Virus record (IMG/VR): IMGVR_UViG_3300017613_001314
Span: 1 to 64,000 of that record
Strand: one strand, 5' to 3'
Origin: a virus
DNA length: 64,000 bases
The notes below the pieces were generated by a model. It ran no database searches, was not told the DNA's origin, and worked only from the letters and a program-made list of their open reading frames with translations. Positions 37,660 through 46,780 of the stretch are shown piece after piece. The position numbers and the translations under genes were made by a program. Numbering within the stretch: position 1 is the first letter of the stretch; every line of letters begins with the position of its first letter.

Positions 37660-37862
37660 TACTTTATCCTCGCTGAAGATGCTATCTCTTTCAATTCTCT
37701 TTCCAACCTGAAATGTTGTTTTGTTGAAATGATCTTCTGACCATAAGCTTTCTGAACAATATCATTTACGTATTGCCAATCAGCTTTCTTACTTACAATG
37801 GCTACCATGTTTATCAGTGAGTCATAAACCGTTCTTTCATTTATAAAATCTGTGAAGTTCAT
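37659..37862 (-). CDS. Small hypothetical protein
   Basis: 67-aa ORF. Confidence 0.4.
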   Translation of the reverse strand: MNFTDFINERTVYDSLINMVAIVSKKADWQYVNDIVQKAYGQKIISTKQHFRLERELKEIASSARIK

Positions 37863-37863
37863 G

Positions 37864-38697
37864 TTATATTCCTTTCAAAAAATATTCTATCATTTCTATT
37901 ATGATGTCTGGGTTGGTATCCGGATCGGCTGGTATGATAGTAGAATTTTTATTACCAAAATAATACATCCCACCTTCTCTATACTGGCCTGGATTCAGAC
38001 CCCAACTAAACACGTTTTTATTCTGTAAATTACATAGTGCTGTCCAATAACTTATTGGACAGACCACTGCCTTTGCCTTAGATATATAATTGACTATATA
38101 CTTCCAACCATTTTCGAAGTAGTCAATATTAGATAGCACAACATTGTCCTTGGAAAACCACGTATCAATATTTCCCACAACAAGACAGTTATGCTCCTGT
38201 TTTAAATAACTGTAAATATAAGAGCACTTCTCTACCGGGTCTGTCATAGCCGGAATAAAAACAACTTTATTGCAGTGCTCCTTAGGTATATTTATGCTAG
38301 TAGGTGTGGATATTTCCTCAAAGATTTTATTATAAATTGAGTAATGTGGTGTTGATTTTACGTAGTTAAGATGATGAACTTCTACTTCTTTTTTACCACA
38401 TGATTCTCGTTCAACAATCTCATTTTTAAATTTTCTGACCAGTAAGTTAAAGTCTTTTTGTTGTAAGTCCTTATGGACATATCCAGTTTGACCTTCTTCA
38501 TTTCTTGAAAACACTTCATATACTGGTATGATATTCTCTTCTGGTACAAACTCATATAAAAATGATCTATTGAGGTGAGTATTAACGTAAACGTTTTTAT
38601 GATCTATCACCTCCGTCAACCATCTTGCATAGGGGCGGAAAGTTAATAACTCATGTTTAAATTCACCTATGAATGGCCCCAAACCTAAGACTGTCAT
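37864..38697 (-). CDS. Hypothetical protein
   Basis: 277-aa ORF with no motif recognised. Confidence 0.5.
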   Translation of the reverse strand: MTVLGLGPFIGEFKHELLTFRPYARWLTEVIDHKNVYVNTHLNRSFLYEFVPEENIIPVYEVFSRNEEGQTGYVHKDLQQKDFNLLVRKFKNEIVERESCGKKEVEVHHLNYVKSTPHYSIYNKIFEEISTPTSINIPKEHCNKVVFIPAMTDPVEKCSYIYSYLKQEHNCLVVGNIDTWFSKDNVVLSNIDYFENGWKYIVNYISKAKAVVCPISYWTALCNLQNKNVFSWGLNPGQYREGGMYYFGNKNSTIIPADPDTNPDIIIEMIEYFLKGI

Positions 38698-39170
38698 ATA
38701 ATTTCTCCGCCATCAGACACGATAACGTTACCCCTCCAATTTTCTAATACTTCCATTTTTTCGTCAAATATTTCTTTACTAATCTGAATCACTTCGGTGT
38801 TTCTCAGCACGTCCTCAAACACCCTATCCGATAGTAGAAATACTTTCTCAAACTCATTTAGTTTATAAAAATTCACAAGCACTTTATTGTTCTTTCTAAA
38901 GAACGATATAATATCAGCGCCCTCTTGATTAGAAACATAATACTTTTTACTTGTTCCTCTTAATATAAAATTATAAGTTCTTATGTTATCACTAATAACA
39001 TATCTGTTTGTCTTTGAAAAGTTTCTTATAACTTTTCTGATTTTGTCATCACTAGGATTAAAGAAATCCAGTTTGATTAAATGAACTCGAGGTATACTGA
39101 GCAACTTTTCATCATACAAATTATCTTCATTAATACTAATATAATCACTTCCGATCTGTGTTAACTTCAT
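38694..39170 (-). CDS. Hypothetical protein
   Basis: 158-aa ORF. Confidence 0.45.
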   Translation of the reverse strand: MKLTQIGSDYISINEDNLYDEKLLSIPRVHLIKLDFFNPSDDKIRKVIRNFSKTNRYVISDNIRTYNFILRGTSKKYYVSNQEGADIISFFRKNNKVLVNFYKLNEFEKVFLLSDRVFEDVLRNTEVIQISKEIFDEKMEVLENWRGNVIVSDGGEII

Positions 39171-39186
39171 TACAAATACTTCCTCC

Positions 39187-40260
39187 CTAATTTTGAAACA
39201 ACTTTTTCTTAAGTGCCCTGTCAGTACGTAGAATTGTATACGCGGTGGAATATGAGTTAGAATGACTTACGATCATATTATATACATCACTCACATTGTG
39301 ATCCACTACAATACTATTTATGTCCTTACATCCGGCATATTTATCAGGGTAGAGGAAATACTTAACTTTCTTAGCGTATTTGTTTGGTGGTATGGACTTT
39401 TTTCGCCCACGCTTTTCTATACCTTTCATAAATTTTAACAACGAGTTATAACCCGGTCTATCATTATCAAATGCTACAATAACTTTTCCAATGTCTAAGA
39501 GTTCTTTTATTAACTCATTTGACATTTCTGCCCCCAAGCAAGAGGTCCCTTGATCGCCTATCATAAAGGCGTCAATAAGTCCTTCTACTGATATAATGTA
39601 TTTCTCTTCATTGAAATACGGTTTGTTTAATAATATACTTCCTTTTTCAACATGTGGGTTCCTGTACTTTGGTTCCATGTCACTGCCTGGAATCCTCCGG
39701 GCCTGAAAATATATTATATTATTGTTTTCGTCATATATTGGAATGATTATTCTGCTTTTATAATCACCCTTATAAGCAATAAATAGCTTATACCTACGAT
39801 CTATTTTCCTATCTATTCTGAATTTTCTTAGCGCTCCGCGATAGATCAAGTCTATCATCCCATCAATTCTATCTTCTGGAATACAGTCATCCAAAATCCA
39901 GTTATGGTCCTCATAACCTATTTGTTTTATTACCTTCTCTGCCTTCTTTCTTGATAACTTATGAGTCAATCTATCAGGATTGAATTTATATAATTCTTTC
40001 TTTGCATCTTCTATGGTTATACCCTTAACATAAGAATATAACTGCAAAAAAGAACCCGATCCTTCATCGCCTTCACAGTTGAAGCAGTGATAAATCGGGT
40101 TCCCACTATTAAAATCAAGATTAAATCTTCTTTTATTCTTACTTTTTTTACTATCCCCACAAATTAAACATCTGGCAAGGAAATGGGTCCCGTTCTTGGA
40201 AGAGGAGACCCTTTCAAAATTCTCGAACATAAAATCGGAGACAATCTGAAGGTCAAGCAT
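39187..40260 (-). CDS. gp61: DNA primase gp61
   Basis: The N-terminal zinc finger CLICGDS...HCFNCEG plus a TOPRIM-like core. 357 aa, close to T4 gp61. Confidence 0.8.
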   Translation of the reverse strand: MLDLQIVSDFMFENFERVSSSKNGTHFLARCLICGDSKKSKNKRRFNLDFNSGNPIYHCFNCEGDEGSGSFLQLYSYVKGITIEDAKKELYKFNPDRLTHKLSRKKAEKVIKQIGYEDHNWILDDCIPEDRIDGMIDLIYRGALRKFRIDRKIDRRYKLFIAYKGDYKSRIIIPIYDENNNIIYFQARRIPGSDMEPKYRNPHVEKGSILLNKPYFNEEKYIISVEGLIDAFMIGDQGTSCLGAEMSNELIKELLDIGKVIVAFDNDRPGYNSLLKFMKGIEKRGRKKSIPPNKYAKKVKYFLYPDKYAGCKDINSIVVDHNVSDVYNMIVSHSNSYSTAYTILRTDRALKKKLFQN

Positions 40261-40519
40261 TTTCTATATTTTTTATCTCCCTTATTATTTCTTCAATTTC
40301 CTCGTCAATCACTTTCATCTGACCAGTAACATCTCGTTCTTGAATTGCGGCTTCATATTCTTCTCTCATTTCCTTAAGTTTTTCTAACTTATCACTGAGT
40401 ATTTGTATTCCTTCTGGTTGATTTTTGGTATCAGGAAGTCTTGGCTCGATGATAAATTTATAAACCAAAAAACAAAAACCAACTAAGATTAAAAGTCCTA
40501 TAATTCCTTGTGCAAACAT
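40253..40519 (-). CDS. Small membrane/coiled-coil protein
   Basis: One N-terminal transmembrane segment, then a charged helix. Confidence 0.4.
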   Translation of the reverse strand: MFAQGIIGLLILVGFCFLVYKFIIEPRLPDTKNQPEGIQILSDKLEKLKEMREEYEAAIQERDVTGQMKVIDEEIEEIIREIKNIENA

Positions 40520-40543
40520 TTTTGTCTCCTTTCAAAGTGAATA

Positions 40544-40563
40544 GGGGTTACCGTAGTAACCCC
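40544..40563 (-). terminator. Perfect 8-bp GC-rich hairpin (GGGGTTAC-nnnn-GTAACCCC) after the SPFH-like gene
   Basis: It lies in a 67-nt gap. The following tract is only moderately U-rich. Confidence 0.4.
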
Positions 40564-40586
40564 GATCAACTTTTTGATTTTATTGA

Positions 40587-41870
40587 CTATTCAGTTCCGG
40601 CTTGGATTGAAAGATCAAGTCCAAGTTGTTTAGCAGTCATAATGTTAATCATCTGCATAAACTGTCTGGTTTGTAAGTCAAGATTTCCATCAGAACTTCC
40701 GGCTTCACCCGCACCACCAGTTTGGTAATAAGCAGGTACATTTCTTCGAGCATAAGCATCAGCCCAATCTTTCTGGACTGCTTCGAAGGTAGAAAGCTTT
40801 TGTTTCAAAGCACCATCAGCGGCCAATACCAGTCTACGTTTTTCAGCAAGACCTTGCCCGTCGAGGATGTTTCTTTCTTTATTAAGTTTGGCGGCATCTC
40901 TTTCAAGAGCGGCAAATTCTTTCATCTGCTGACCTTGAATGACCTTAACTTCTTTAGCCTGTTGAGCGGCAACAACCGCACGAATTTTCTCTTGTTCCTT
41001 TTCGTACTTAGCGGTAGCAACCTTAGCTTTACCTTCAGCTTCAATGGTTAATCTGTCCTGCTCAGCTTTTTCAGCTTTTGCCTTGGCGGTCTCAACGGCC
41101 ATTCGGGCTTCCTGCTGACTTGCGATCTGTTTCTGAACTTTTTTCTCATAAACAAATGACTTAATTTCAAAGTTCTTCAACTCGATCCCGGTTCCTTCCA
41201 TCGGATTCATCTGATACATCGGCAGACCATCTTCACCCATTCTGATCTTTTTAACTCGTTTCCAGATTTTCTCACCGGTTACCAGGTCTTCAACTTCTTT
41301 CGTTGTTTCCTCAGTAACATAAACACCATTGGTGATCTGGTCACGTGACCAAGTTACGAAGTCGGGTCGTTTTTCAGAGTAGGATTCTCTTGCGGACATA
41401 AGGTTAGCAGTTGAACGGAGTACATTTCGTACTGTAGGTTTGATAAGTTTTTCTTGAACATCTTTGTAAGTCTTATGACCTCTAACAGTAGTCAAAGCAA
41501 TTGCCTCGTCTTTTGTTGTTGGCATAATAACACGTGCGGTTCCAGAAATTTTACACATCGACCCATCATTAAACCTTACTTCCATTGATGTATCAATATC
41601 AATGTCACCTTCGGTATCATTGTCGTGTGTAAAAAAGAATGTATCAGCTTTGGGCCATACATCAATATCACCCCATGCTTGTAACCACAGACCTGGGGTC
41701 ATTTTGGCGTCCATAGTACCACTAACGGCCGCCTGTTTTACTTGATACGTGCCTTTTTCGACAGTATCAACGATCATCGGTAGGCTCATAGCACCGATTA
41801 CGACTAATACAGCAACAAATCCAAGTCCAATCATGCTTTTCAAGCCCATCTTCTTTTTTCCACTTCTCAT
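40587..41870 (-). CDS. SPFH/band-7-like membrane protein (putative)
   Basis: N-terminal transmembrane segment, a beta-rich domain, then a ~150-aa Ala/Lys/Glu coiled coil typical of HflK/flotillin-like proteins. 427 aa. Confidence 0.45.
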   Translation of the reverse strand: MRSGKKKMGLKSMIGLGFVAVLVVIGAMSLPMIVDTVEKGTYQVKQAAVSGTMDAKMTPGLWLQAWGDIDVWPKADTFFFTHDNDTEGDIDIDTSMEVRFNDGSMCKISGTARVIMPTTKDEAIALTTVRGHKTYKDVQEKLIKPTVRNVLRSTANLMSARESYSEKRPDFVTWSRDQITNGVYVTEETTKEVEDLVTGEKIWKRVKKIRMGEDGLPMYQMNPMEGTGIELKNFEIKSFVYEKKVQKQIASQQEARMAVETAKAKAEKAEQDRLTIEAEGKAKVATAKYEKEQEKIRAVVAAQQAKEVKVIQGQQMKEFAALERDAAKLNKERNILDGQGLAEKRRLVLAADGALKQKLSTFEAVQKDWADAYARRNVPAYYQTGGAGEAGSSDGNLDLQTRQFMQMINIMTAKQLGLDLSIQAGTE

Positions 41871-41927
41871 AACATTTTTCTCCTTTTACATTTTTTATTT
41901 ACTAGTAGTGGAACTAGTATTGAGATA

Positions 41928-41956
41928 ATTATACTATAAAAATGGGAAGATGTAAA
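41928..41956 (-). promoter_or_regulatory. Sigma70-like early promoter P4 (TTTACA-N17-TATAAT)
   Basis: The - strand reads TTTACA, TCTTCCCATTTTTATAG, TATAAT. The -35 overlaps the terminator hairpin. Confidence 0.45.
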
Positions 41957-41970
41957 CTAACATTCTTCCC
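41934..41970 (-). terminator. Rho-independent terminator (GGGAAGA-loop-TCTTCCC followed by ATTTTTAT)
   Basis: The 7-bp stem overlaps the stop of 41957-42157, followed by a T-tract on the - strand. Confidence 0.5.
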
Positions 41971-42157
41971 ATTCATAGCAATCAAAATCAAAAGGCGTAT
42001 ATATCATTGATTTATCAGATTTCTCTGCAAAGAATCCCTCTTTGCAAAAAACCTTACCATTTTTTGTTTTACAACTACAGCAATCCCTGCATAGTTTACT
42101 ATTTTTTAAACTGTTTTTGATCGCCTGGTGCGAGTTGGCTAACTGCGTCTGCTTCAA
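41957..42157 (-). CDS. Small Cys-rich protein
   Basis: 66 aa containing CRDCCSCK...FCKEG. Confidence 0.35.
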   Translation of the reverse strand: MKQTQLANSHQAIKNSLKNSKLCRDCCSCKTKNGKVFCKEGFFAEKSDKSMIYTPFDFDCYEWEEC

Positions 42158-42488
42158 TTTCTTTCCTCAACTTCGGCGGAAATAACTTGAAGAACTTCTT
42201 TAGTTCTTCCGGACTGTCTTGCTCAACCCCAAACATTTGTGACATTGCTACAGCTGTCTCAAATGGACCCCAACCTTTCTCAGTTTTCTTGACCTCTGCG
42301 TATACTTTAGTCATAGCTCGTTTTAAATTATTGGACACGGCTTGTCTTGTTATACCTAATTCTCTGGCTATTTGCGCACCAGTCATTGGTCTTTCAAAAC
42401 CACCCATGCTCACAACCTCTGCTTCGAATAATTGGTCAAGATTAAAGTCAACTTGTTCTGATTCTTTAAAATAATCTCTTAGTGCCAT
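42099..42488 (-). CDS. HTH protein resembling sigma-70 region 4
   Basis: MTGAQIARELGITRQAVSNNLKRAMTKV is a helix-turn-helix. Confidence 0.5.
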   Translation of the reverse strand: MALRDYFKESEQVDFNLDQLFEAEVVSMGGFERPMTGAQIARELGITRQAVSNNLKRAMTKVYAEVKKTEKGWGPFETAVAMSQMFGVEQDSPEELKKFFKLFPPKLRKEIEADAVSQLAPGDQKQFKK

Positions 42489-42500
42489 TTTTTCTCCTTT

Positions 42501-44738
42501 CTATGAGCATTTACTATGACCACATGCTGGACAATTGAAACAACCTTCCATTGCAGTCATAAAGTTACCACATTTCTCGCAGATTTCTCCACCGAGTTCT
42601 CCGTTGTACCTCACCCCAGTATAATACCTATCAAGTAGTTTAGCTACACCATCGGGGATGCTCAGTATTTGTGTTGGTCTTTGATCCGTATCTTCGAAAC
42701 GGTACCAAACCATCTTATCACTATTTATATTTATCAAAGTTTTAGTAATTTCTTCTACTGGCACGCCCTGCTGTAGACCTATTGATATTACTCTACCCAT
42801 TGCTTCTGTTAGGGTATTAAGGATTTGACCACTCTTACCAAGAAAAATAAATAATTCTAGTGGCTTACCCTTATGATGTGAAACGGTCACATACATCTTA
42901 CCATTTCCTGTTTCGACTACATGAGTCTTAGCATCAAGAGTTTTCGGTCTATCAAATACTTCTACCTTCTTTATTTCTTCTGAGAATGTTACTGGTTGGT
43001 TCTTCTTACTGCCATCACGGTATACAGTTATACCTTTCAAACCTTTTTTATACGCATATTCATATAAATCAGCCATTTCCGTAGCTGTTGTTTCTTTCGA
43101 CAAATTTACAGTACTTGAAATAGCCGTTGAGCAGTGCTTCTGTAAGGCCGCTTGCATGTCTATTCTGTCTTTGTACTTAATGTCATGGGCTGTCACAAAT
43201 ACATTTTTGACTTCTTTTGGAATACCACGAAGTCCTTTTAACGATCCGCCGTTTTTAAATATTTTATCAGGTAATTCTGTCGAGTACCAATCCTCATTCT
43301 TGAATCGTTCTTCAAAAACAGGATTGACTACAGTCATTGTATCACCTGAAATGAGATTTTTTTGAAAACTTAATCCCATAATTGGCTCTATGCCATAAGA
43401 GGCATCACACGAAAGTGCTGTTGTTCCAGTAGGTTGGCATGTAGTGAACTGACAATTTCTTACGCCATGTTCTCTTACCAAATCCATTGTTACCTTATCA
43501 CTGCCGGTGTGTTCCTCTAAAATTCTCTCAACTTCTTCCTTATGTGTTTCATAATTATGAAATGATCCCTTTTTTCTCGCTAGCTCTGTGCTTCTAAATG
43601 CACACGCGCAAGTCATTACTCGCATAACTTCCGTAGCAAATTTTCTTCCATCAGCACCATCATACCTATAACCTAATGTATACATGGCATCCGCTAGTCC
43701 CATCGGACCTATTCCAACTGGTCTATGATTGAGAGTATTAGTTCTAAATCTTTGTCTACCAAGAATATCATCGTCATCCGGAAAATCCATTACATCAATC
43801 AGATTATCCATTAAACCCATGACTTTATATGTAGTCTGATATAAACCATCCCAATCAAAATCACCTATTCCCTTGGCAAACTTCCAAATATTTATAGCCG
43901 ATAGGTTACACGCATTAAATGGCCACAAAGGTTGTTCACCACATGGGTTTGTAGCCTCTATAAGTAATTCTTTTACCAATGGATTATACTTGTTCATTGC
44001 ATCAATGAAGAGTACACCTGGATCAGCATTTTTCCAAGACATTTGAGATATTTCTTCCCATACTTCTTGTGGGTCTACCTGTCCAACCTTTCTACCATCA
44101 TAAGGTGAAATAAGGTCAAAAGGAACCTTGTCCTCTAAGGCCTGCATGAACTTATCCGTAATAAGTACTGATATGTTCATATTAGATAATCTACCGTCTT
44201 TTTCTTTACACCTAATAAAGTCCATTATATCAGGGTGCCATACTGGCATAGAAACCAGAATAGCCGCCCGTCTAACTCGGCCACCTGACTTGGTGGTCTC
44301 CCCCACGGCATCATATAACTTCATAAAAGTTATCGGACCTGATGATTTTCCCTCTGGTAGTTTCTCTTCGTTACCCTCAAAAATCCAAGATTCCTTTTCC
44401 CTTAAATTGCCAATAGGAATACCAACACCGGCACCATACTGAAATATTTTTCTACAAACATCAGCTACATCGTAAATACTATTCATACTATCTTCTAGTC
44501 CTACGACATAACATGCTGAAAATACTTTATGTTTGGTGCCGGCATTTAAAAACACCGGGGTATTGGGTCTCCAATAACCCTGTGATAATAACCTATATGC
44601 TAGCTCTTCTTCTTTTTTGTTTGTTGCAAATTCTTTTGATACTCTCTTAAATGTATCCTCTATTGACTCCTCTTGAAATGAATATAAATCTTTAAAAATT
44701 TTTACTGCGTTTTCACTTAAACTAAAATTATCACTCAT
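42501..44738 (-). CDS. Ribonucleotide reductase catalytic chain, probably class II (NrdJ-like, single chain)
   Basis: The conserved RNR core TNPCGEQPLWPFNACNLS is present. The C-terminal zinc ribbon CEKCGN...CFNCPACGHSKCS is typical of monomeric class II enzymes. No adjacent NrdB. 745 aa. Confidence 0.8.
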   Translation of the reverse strand: MSDNFSLSENAVKIFKDLYSFQEESIEDTFKRVSKEFATNKKEEELAYRLLSQGYWRPNTPVFLNAGTKHKVFSACYVVGLEDSMNSIYDVADVCRKIFQYGAGVGIPIGNLREKESWIFEGNEEKLPEGKSSGPITFMKLYDAVGETTKSGGRVRRAAILVSMPVWHPDIMDFIRCKEKDGRLSNMNISVLITDKFMQALEDKVPFDLISPYDGRKVGQVDPQEVWEEISQMSWKNADPGVLFIDAMNKYNPLVKELLIEATNPCGEQPLWPFNACNLSAINIWKFAKGIGDFDWDGLYQTTYKVMGLMDNLIDVMDFPDDDDILGRQRFRTNTLNHRPVGIGPMGLADAMYTLGYRYDGADGRKFATEVMRVMTCACAFRSTELARKKGSFHNYETHKEEVERILEEHTGSDKVTMDLVREHGVRNCQFTTCQPTGTTALSCDASYGIEPIMGLSFQKNLISGDTMTVVNPVFEERFKNEDWYSTELPDKIFKNGGSLKGLRGIPKEVKNVFVTAHDIKYKDRIDMQAALQKHCSTAISSTVNLSKETTATEMADLYEYAYKKGLKGITVYRDGSKKNQPVTFSEEIKKVEVFDRPKTLDAKTHVVETGNGKMYVTVSHHKGKPLELFIFLGKSGQILNTLTEAMGRVISIGLQQGVPVEEITKTLININSDKMVWYRFEDTDQRPTQILSIPDGVAKLLDRYYTGVRYNGELGGEICEKCGNFMTAMEGCFNCPACGHSKCS

Positions 44739-44744
44739 TAAATA

Positions 44745-45197
44745 TTACTCCGTCATATTAATTCTTATTTCTAATATTTTTCCAACTATTCTAATTTCTG
44801 ATCTACACTTTGGGCAATAGAAATGATTTATTTCTCTTCTCTCTATTGGTCTTCCATGGGTAAGTGCTCTCCAATCATGTCTTTCTTCTATAAAAAGCAC
44901 TTCAATTTCTGATTGACATGATGTACATTTATGTCTATGCTTGGTTGGAGTACTGTAGTACTCACCAAAATTTTGAGAGTAAGGTGAGTCCCATCTTGTT
45001 CTTTTTTCTATTTCCCGCATGTATTGATCTCTATATCTTGCGGCATGACGACGGTGTTCATCCATTACCATTCTATCAAAATGACCTTTATGCTCTTCCC
45101 GGTACTCGTCGATATGAGTATTTATCCTCTTCTTCTCAACATCCCACGCATCATCCACTATCTTTTCTATTTCATCTAAAATGCCTTCACTTTTCAT
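44745..45197 (-). CDS. Zinc-ribbon hypothetical protein
   Basis: Contains CTSCQ...CPKCRS. Confidence 0.45.
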   Translation of the reverse strand: MKSEGILDEIEKIVDDAWDVEKKRINTHIDEYREEHKGHFDRMVMDEHRRHAARYRDQYMREIEKRTRWDSPYSQNFGEYYSTPTKHRHKCTSCQSEIEVLFIEERHDWRALTHGRPIERREINHFYCPKCRSEIRIVGKILEIRINMTE

Positions 45198-45991
45198 ATG
45201 TTAAGCCTCGCTTCGACTGCCTCGATTTGAGAATCGTAGCAGTGTAGTTTAAGGCATGAAAAAGAAAGCGGACCTGTCTTGACTCCAATTTGCTCAGCCA
45301 TATACTCCATGAGCATTGTTATACCACCCATATTCTCAGGGAATCCAGCGAATAGGTCCCATGAACGAAAAACGACGGCAAAGCATAGCTTTCCGTCTTT
45401 TATATGTGTGTCTATTCCTCTTAAGCAAGGACTTGTTTGTCTTTGGTCCTCAGTTTCCCATGGTATATCATAAGCAAAACTTGACTCAGGATATCCTACC
45501 TGAATATAACAATGATTGTTACCATGTCCCTTTGACTTATAGTGATCTATGATCCAATCAACCTGATTAGGAACATCTATAACCATTATATCATCAACAT
45601 CCTTAGACCATATTTCTACTTTTTTATTACCAATTTCAGTATAGAATTTTATTCGTTCTGTCATTGGCATTTTATAATTACCACCACTAACCCATGTGGC
45701 ATACTTATAGTGCTCATTGCCTTCAAGAGTACCATCCATAAGATAGTTAACAAAGTACTTTTCTATTTCTTCATCGGTTGTAACTGGTGGGACACCTTCT
45801 GGAACTATTGGTGCCAATGGTCGTGTGGTTGGAAATTCTATTGTACCCGCAACATAGTCAAACTCTAATCTATTGCTCCCTGCAAAACTTCCATTATCTA
45901 TGTGATTTTTTCTTCCGTGCTTATATACTTCAGACAGCAATGTGAACCACATGCCGTCGAGTGTTTTCTCTTCAACAAATACAGATTTCAA
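45194..45991 (-). CDS. Thymidylate synthase (ThyA) family enzyme, divergent; hydroxymethylase-type specificity not excluded
   Basis: The ThyA core is present: catalytic SPC(L), DGKLCF, FRSWDL (ThyA RSxD) and FPEN (ThyA PFN). The N-terminus aligns with ThyA, so the gene is intact. TTG start with GGGGGAG RBS. 265 aa. Confidence 0.75.
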   Translation of the reverse strand: MKSVFVEEKTLDGMWFTLLSEVYKHGRKNHIDNGSFAGSNRLEFDYVAGTIEFPTTRPLAPIVPEGVPPVTTDEEIEKYFVNYLMDGTLEGNEHYKYATWVSGGNYKMPMTERIKFYTEIGNKKVEIWSKDVDDIMVIDVPNQVDWIIDHYKSKGHGNNHCYIQVGYPESSFAYDIPWETEDQRQTSPCLRGIDTHIKDGKLCFAVVFRSWDLFAGFPENMGGITMLMEYMAEQIGVKTGPLSFSCLKLHCYDSQIEAVEARLNI

Positions 45992-46009
45992 TTTTCTCCC
46001 CCTTGGAAT

Positions 46010-46077
46010 GGTCGGGGCCTTTAGGTTATCCCAGTTGTATCCGGAATCACTGGGTCCAAGGTTGTTTCAGCCCCGAG
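46010..46077 (-). ncRNA. GC-rich nested double hairpin in the leader of the ThyA-family gene (candidate cis-regulatory RNA)
   Basis: Outer stem CGGGGC/GCCCCG encloses inner stem CCCAGT/ACTGGG with a 13-nt loop. ~55% GC in a ~35% GC genome. It ends ~20 nt before the RBS. GTATCCGG in the loop is complementary to CGGATAC ~80 nt away. Confidence 0.4.
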
Positions 46078-46087
46078 CCCAAGAAGG

Positions 46088-46285
46088 TTATACCCTATGG
46101 ACGACCTGCCTACCGTCTTCGGATACTTCCTCCACTACATATCCCAATCCAAACCATTCTGCTTCTTCAATGGCTTGCTCAATGTCTTCGTAAATATCGA
46201 CACTTCCATAGCCATAGGAAAGTTGTTCTTTCTTTTCAAAATCATCCCTTTCCATTTCGTTCAATACTGCAAATCTTGGTTTCAT
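46088..46285 (-). CDS. Small acidic hypothetical protein (start moved to the internal Met)
   Basis: MKPRFAVLNEMERDDF... with GAGAGG RBS. The longer form overlaps the upstream gene by 119 nt. Confidence 0.3.
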   Translation of the reverse strand: MKPRFAVLNEMERDDFEKKEQLSYGYGSVDIYEDIEQAIEEAEWFGLGYVVEEVSEDGRQVVHRV

Positions 46286-46583
46286 TTTTAAGTCCTCTCT
46301 CGCGTAAAAGTTTAACCAATATGTCACCATGACAAGCCTTTGGTTTACAATAACATCCAAGTACTTGCCCCTCTAACCTGGGTAAATCAGCCATTAGCTC
46401 TGGTCTACCCCTTACATACTTCTCATATTTGATGATTACTTCTTGTCTTGTTCCGTCTTTGCCTATTTTAAATGGGTTACCCCAAATAGAGCCTCTTCCT
46501 ATATAGACGTAATCACCTGTATACTTCTTAACATTTACTACCTTGGTCATAGCTCCTGACCACAATCCGCACAATGTGACCAT
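46242..46583 (-). CDS. DUF4326-like protein
   Basis: YIGRGSIWGNPF...GCYCKPKACHGDIL matches the DUF4326 signature. Confidence 0.5.
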   Translation of the reverse strand: MVTLCGLWSGAMTKVVNVKKYTGDYVYIGRGSIWGNPFKIGKDGTRQEVIIKYEKYVRGRPELMADLPRLEGQVLGCYCKPKACHGDILVKLLRERGLKNETKICSIERNGKG

Positions 46584-46780
46584 TTAGGATGTACTGTTTC
46601 TCCACATGATGGACAGTTTAAAGATTCTATCGAATTTAAGAACACCTCCAGTCCAAGCTGAATCAACTTGACTGTATCGTTCGGGTTTTCGAATCCCGAT
46701 AGAACATTTATTTCATCCTTTTCATAGTCATAAATTATTTTTACATCTACTTTTCTTTTTGCTTCTGGTTTTTTATCCAT
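46547..46780 (-). CDS. Small zinc-ribbon protein
   Basis: Contains CPSCGE...CADCGQ. Confidence 0.4.
   Translation of the reverse strand: MDKKPEAKRKVDVKIIYDYEKDEINVLSGFENPNDTVKLIQLGLEVFLNSIESLNCPSCGETVHPKWSHCADCGQEL

Noticed and set aside
46010-46130. Possible tRNA or intron remnant in the GC-rich island next to the ThyA-family gene
   Set aside because: No GTTCRANYC T-loop, no 7-bp acceptor stem ending in CCA-compatible sequence and no cloverleaf on either strand. The ThyA-family ORF has an intact N-terminus aligning with ThyA, so no intron splits it. Kept only as a candidate cis-regulatory hairpin.
45279-46332. Multiple + strand ORFs opposite the ThyA-family gene and DUF4326 gene
   Set aside because: They are antisense to well-supported - strand genes, with no motifs.
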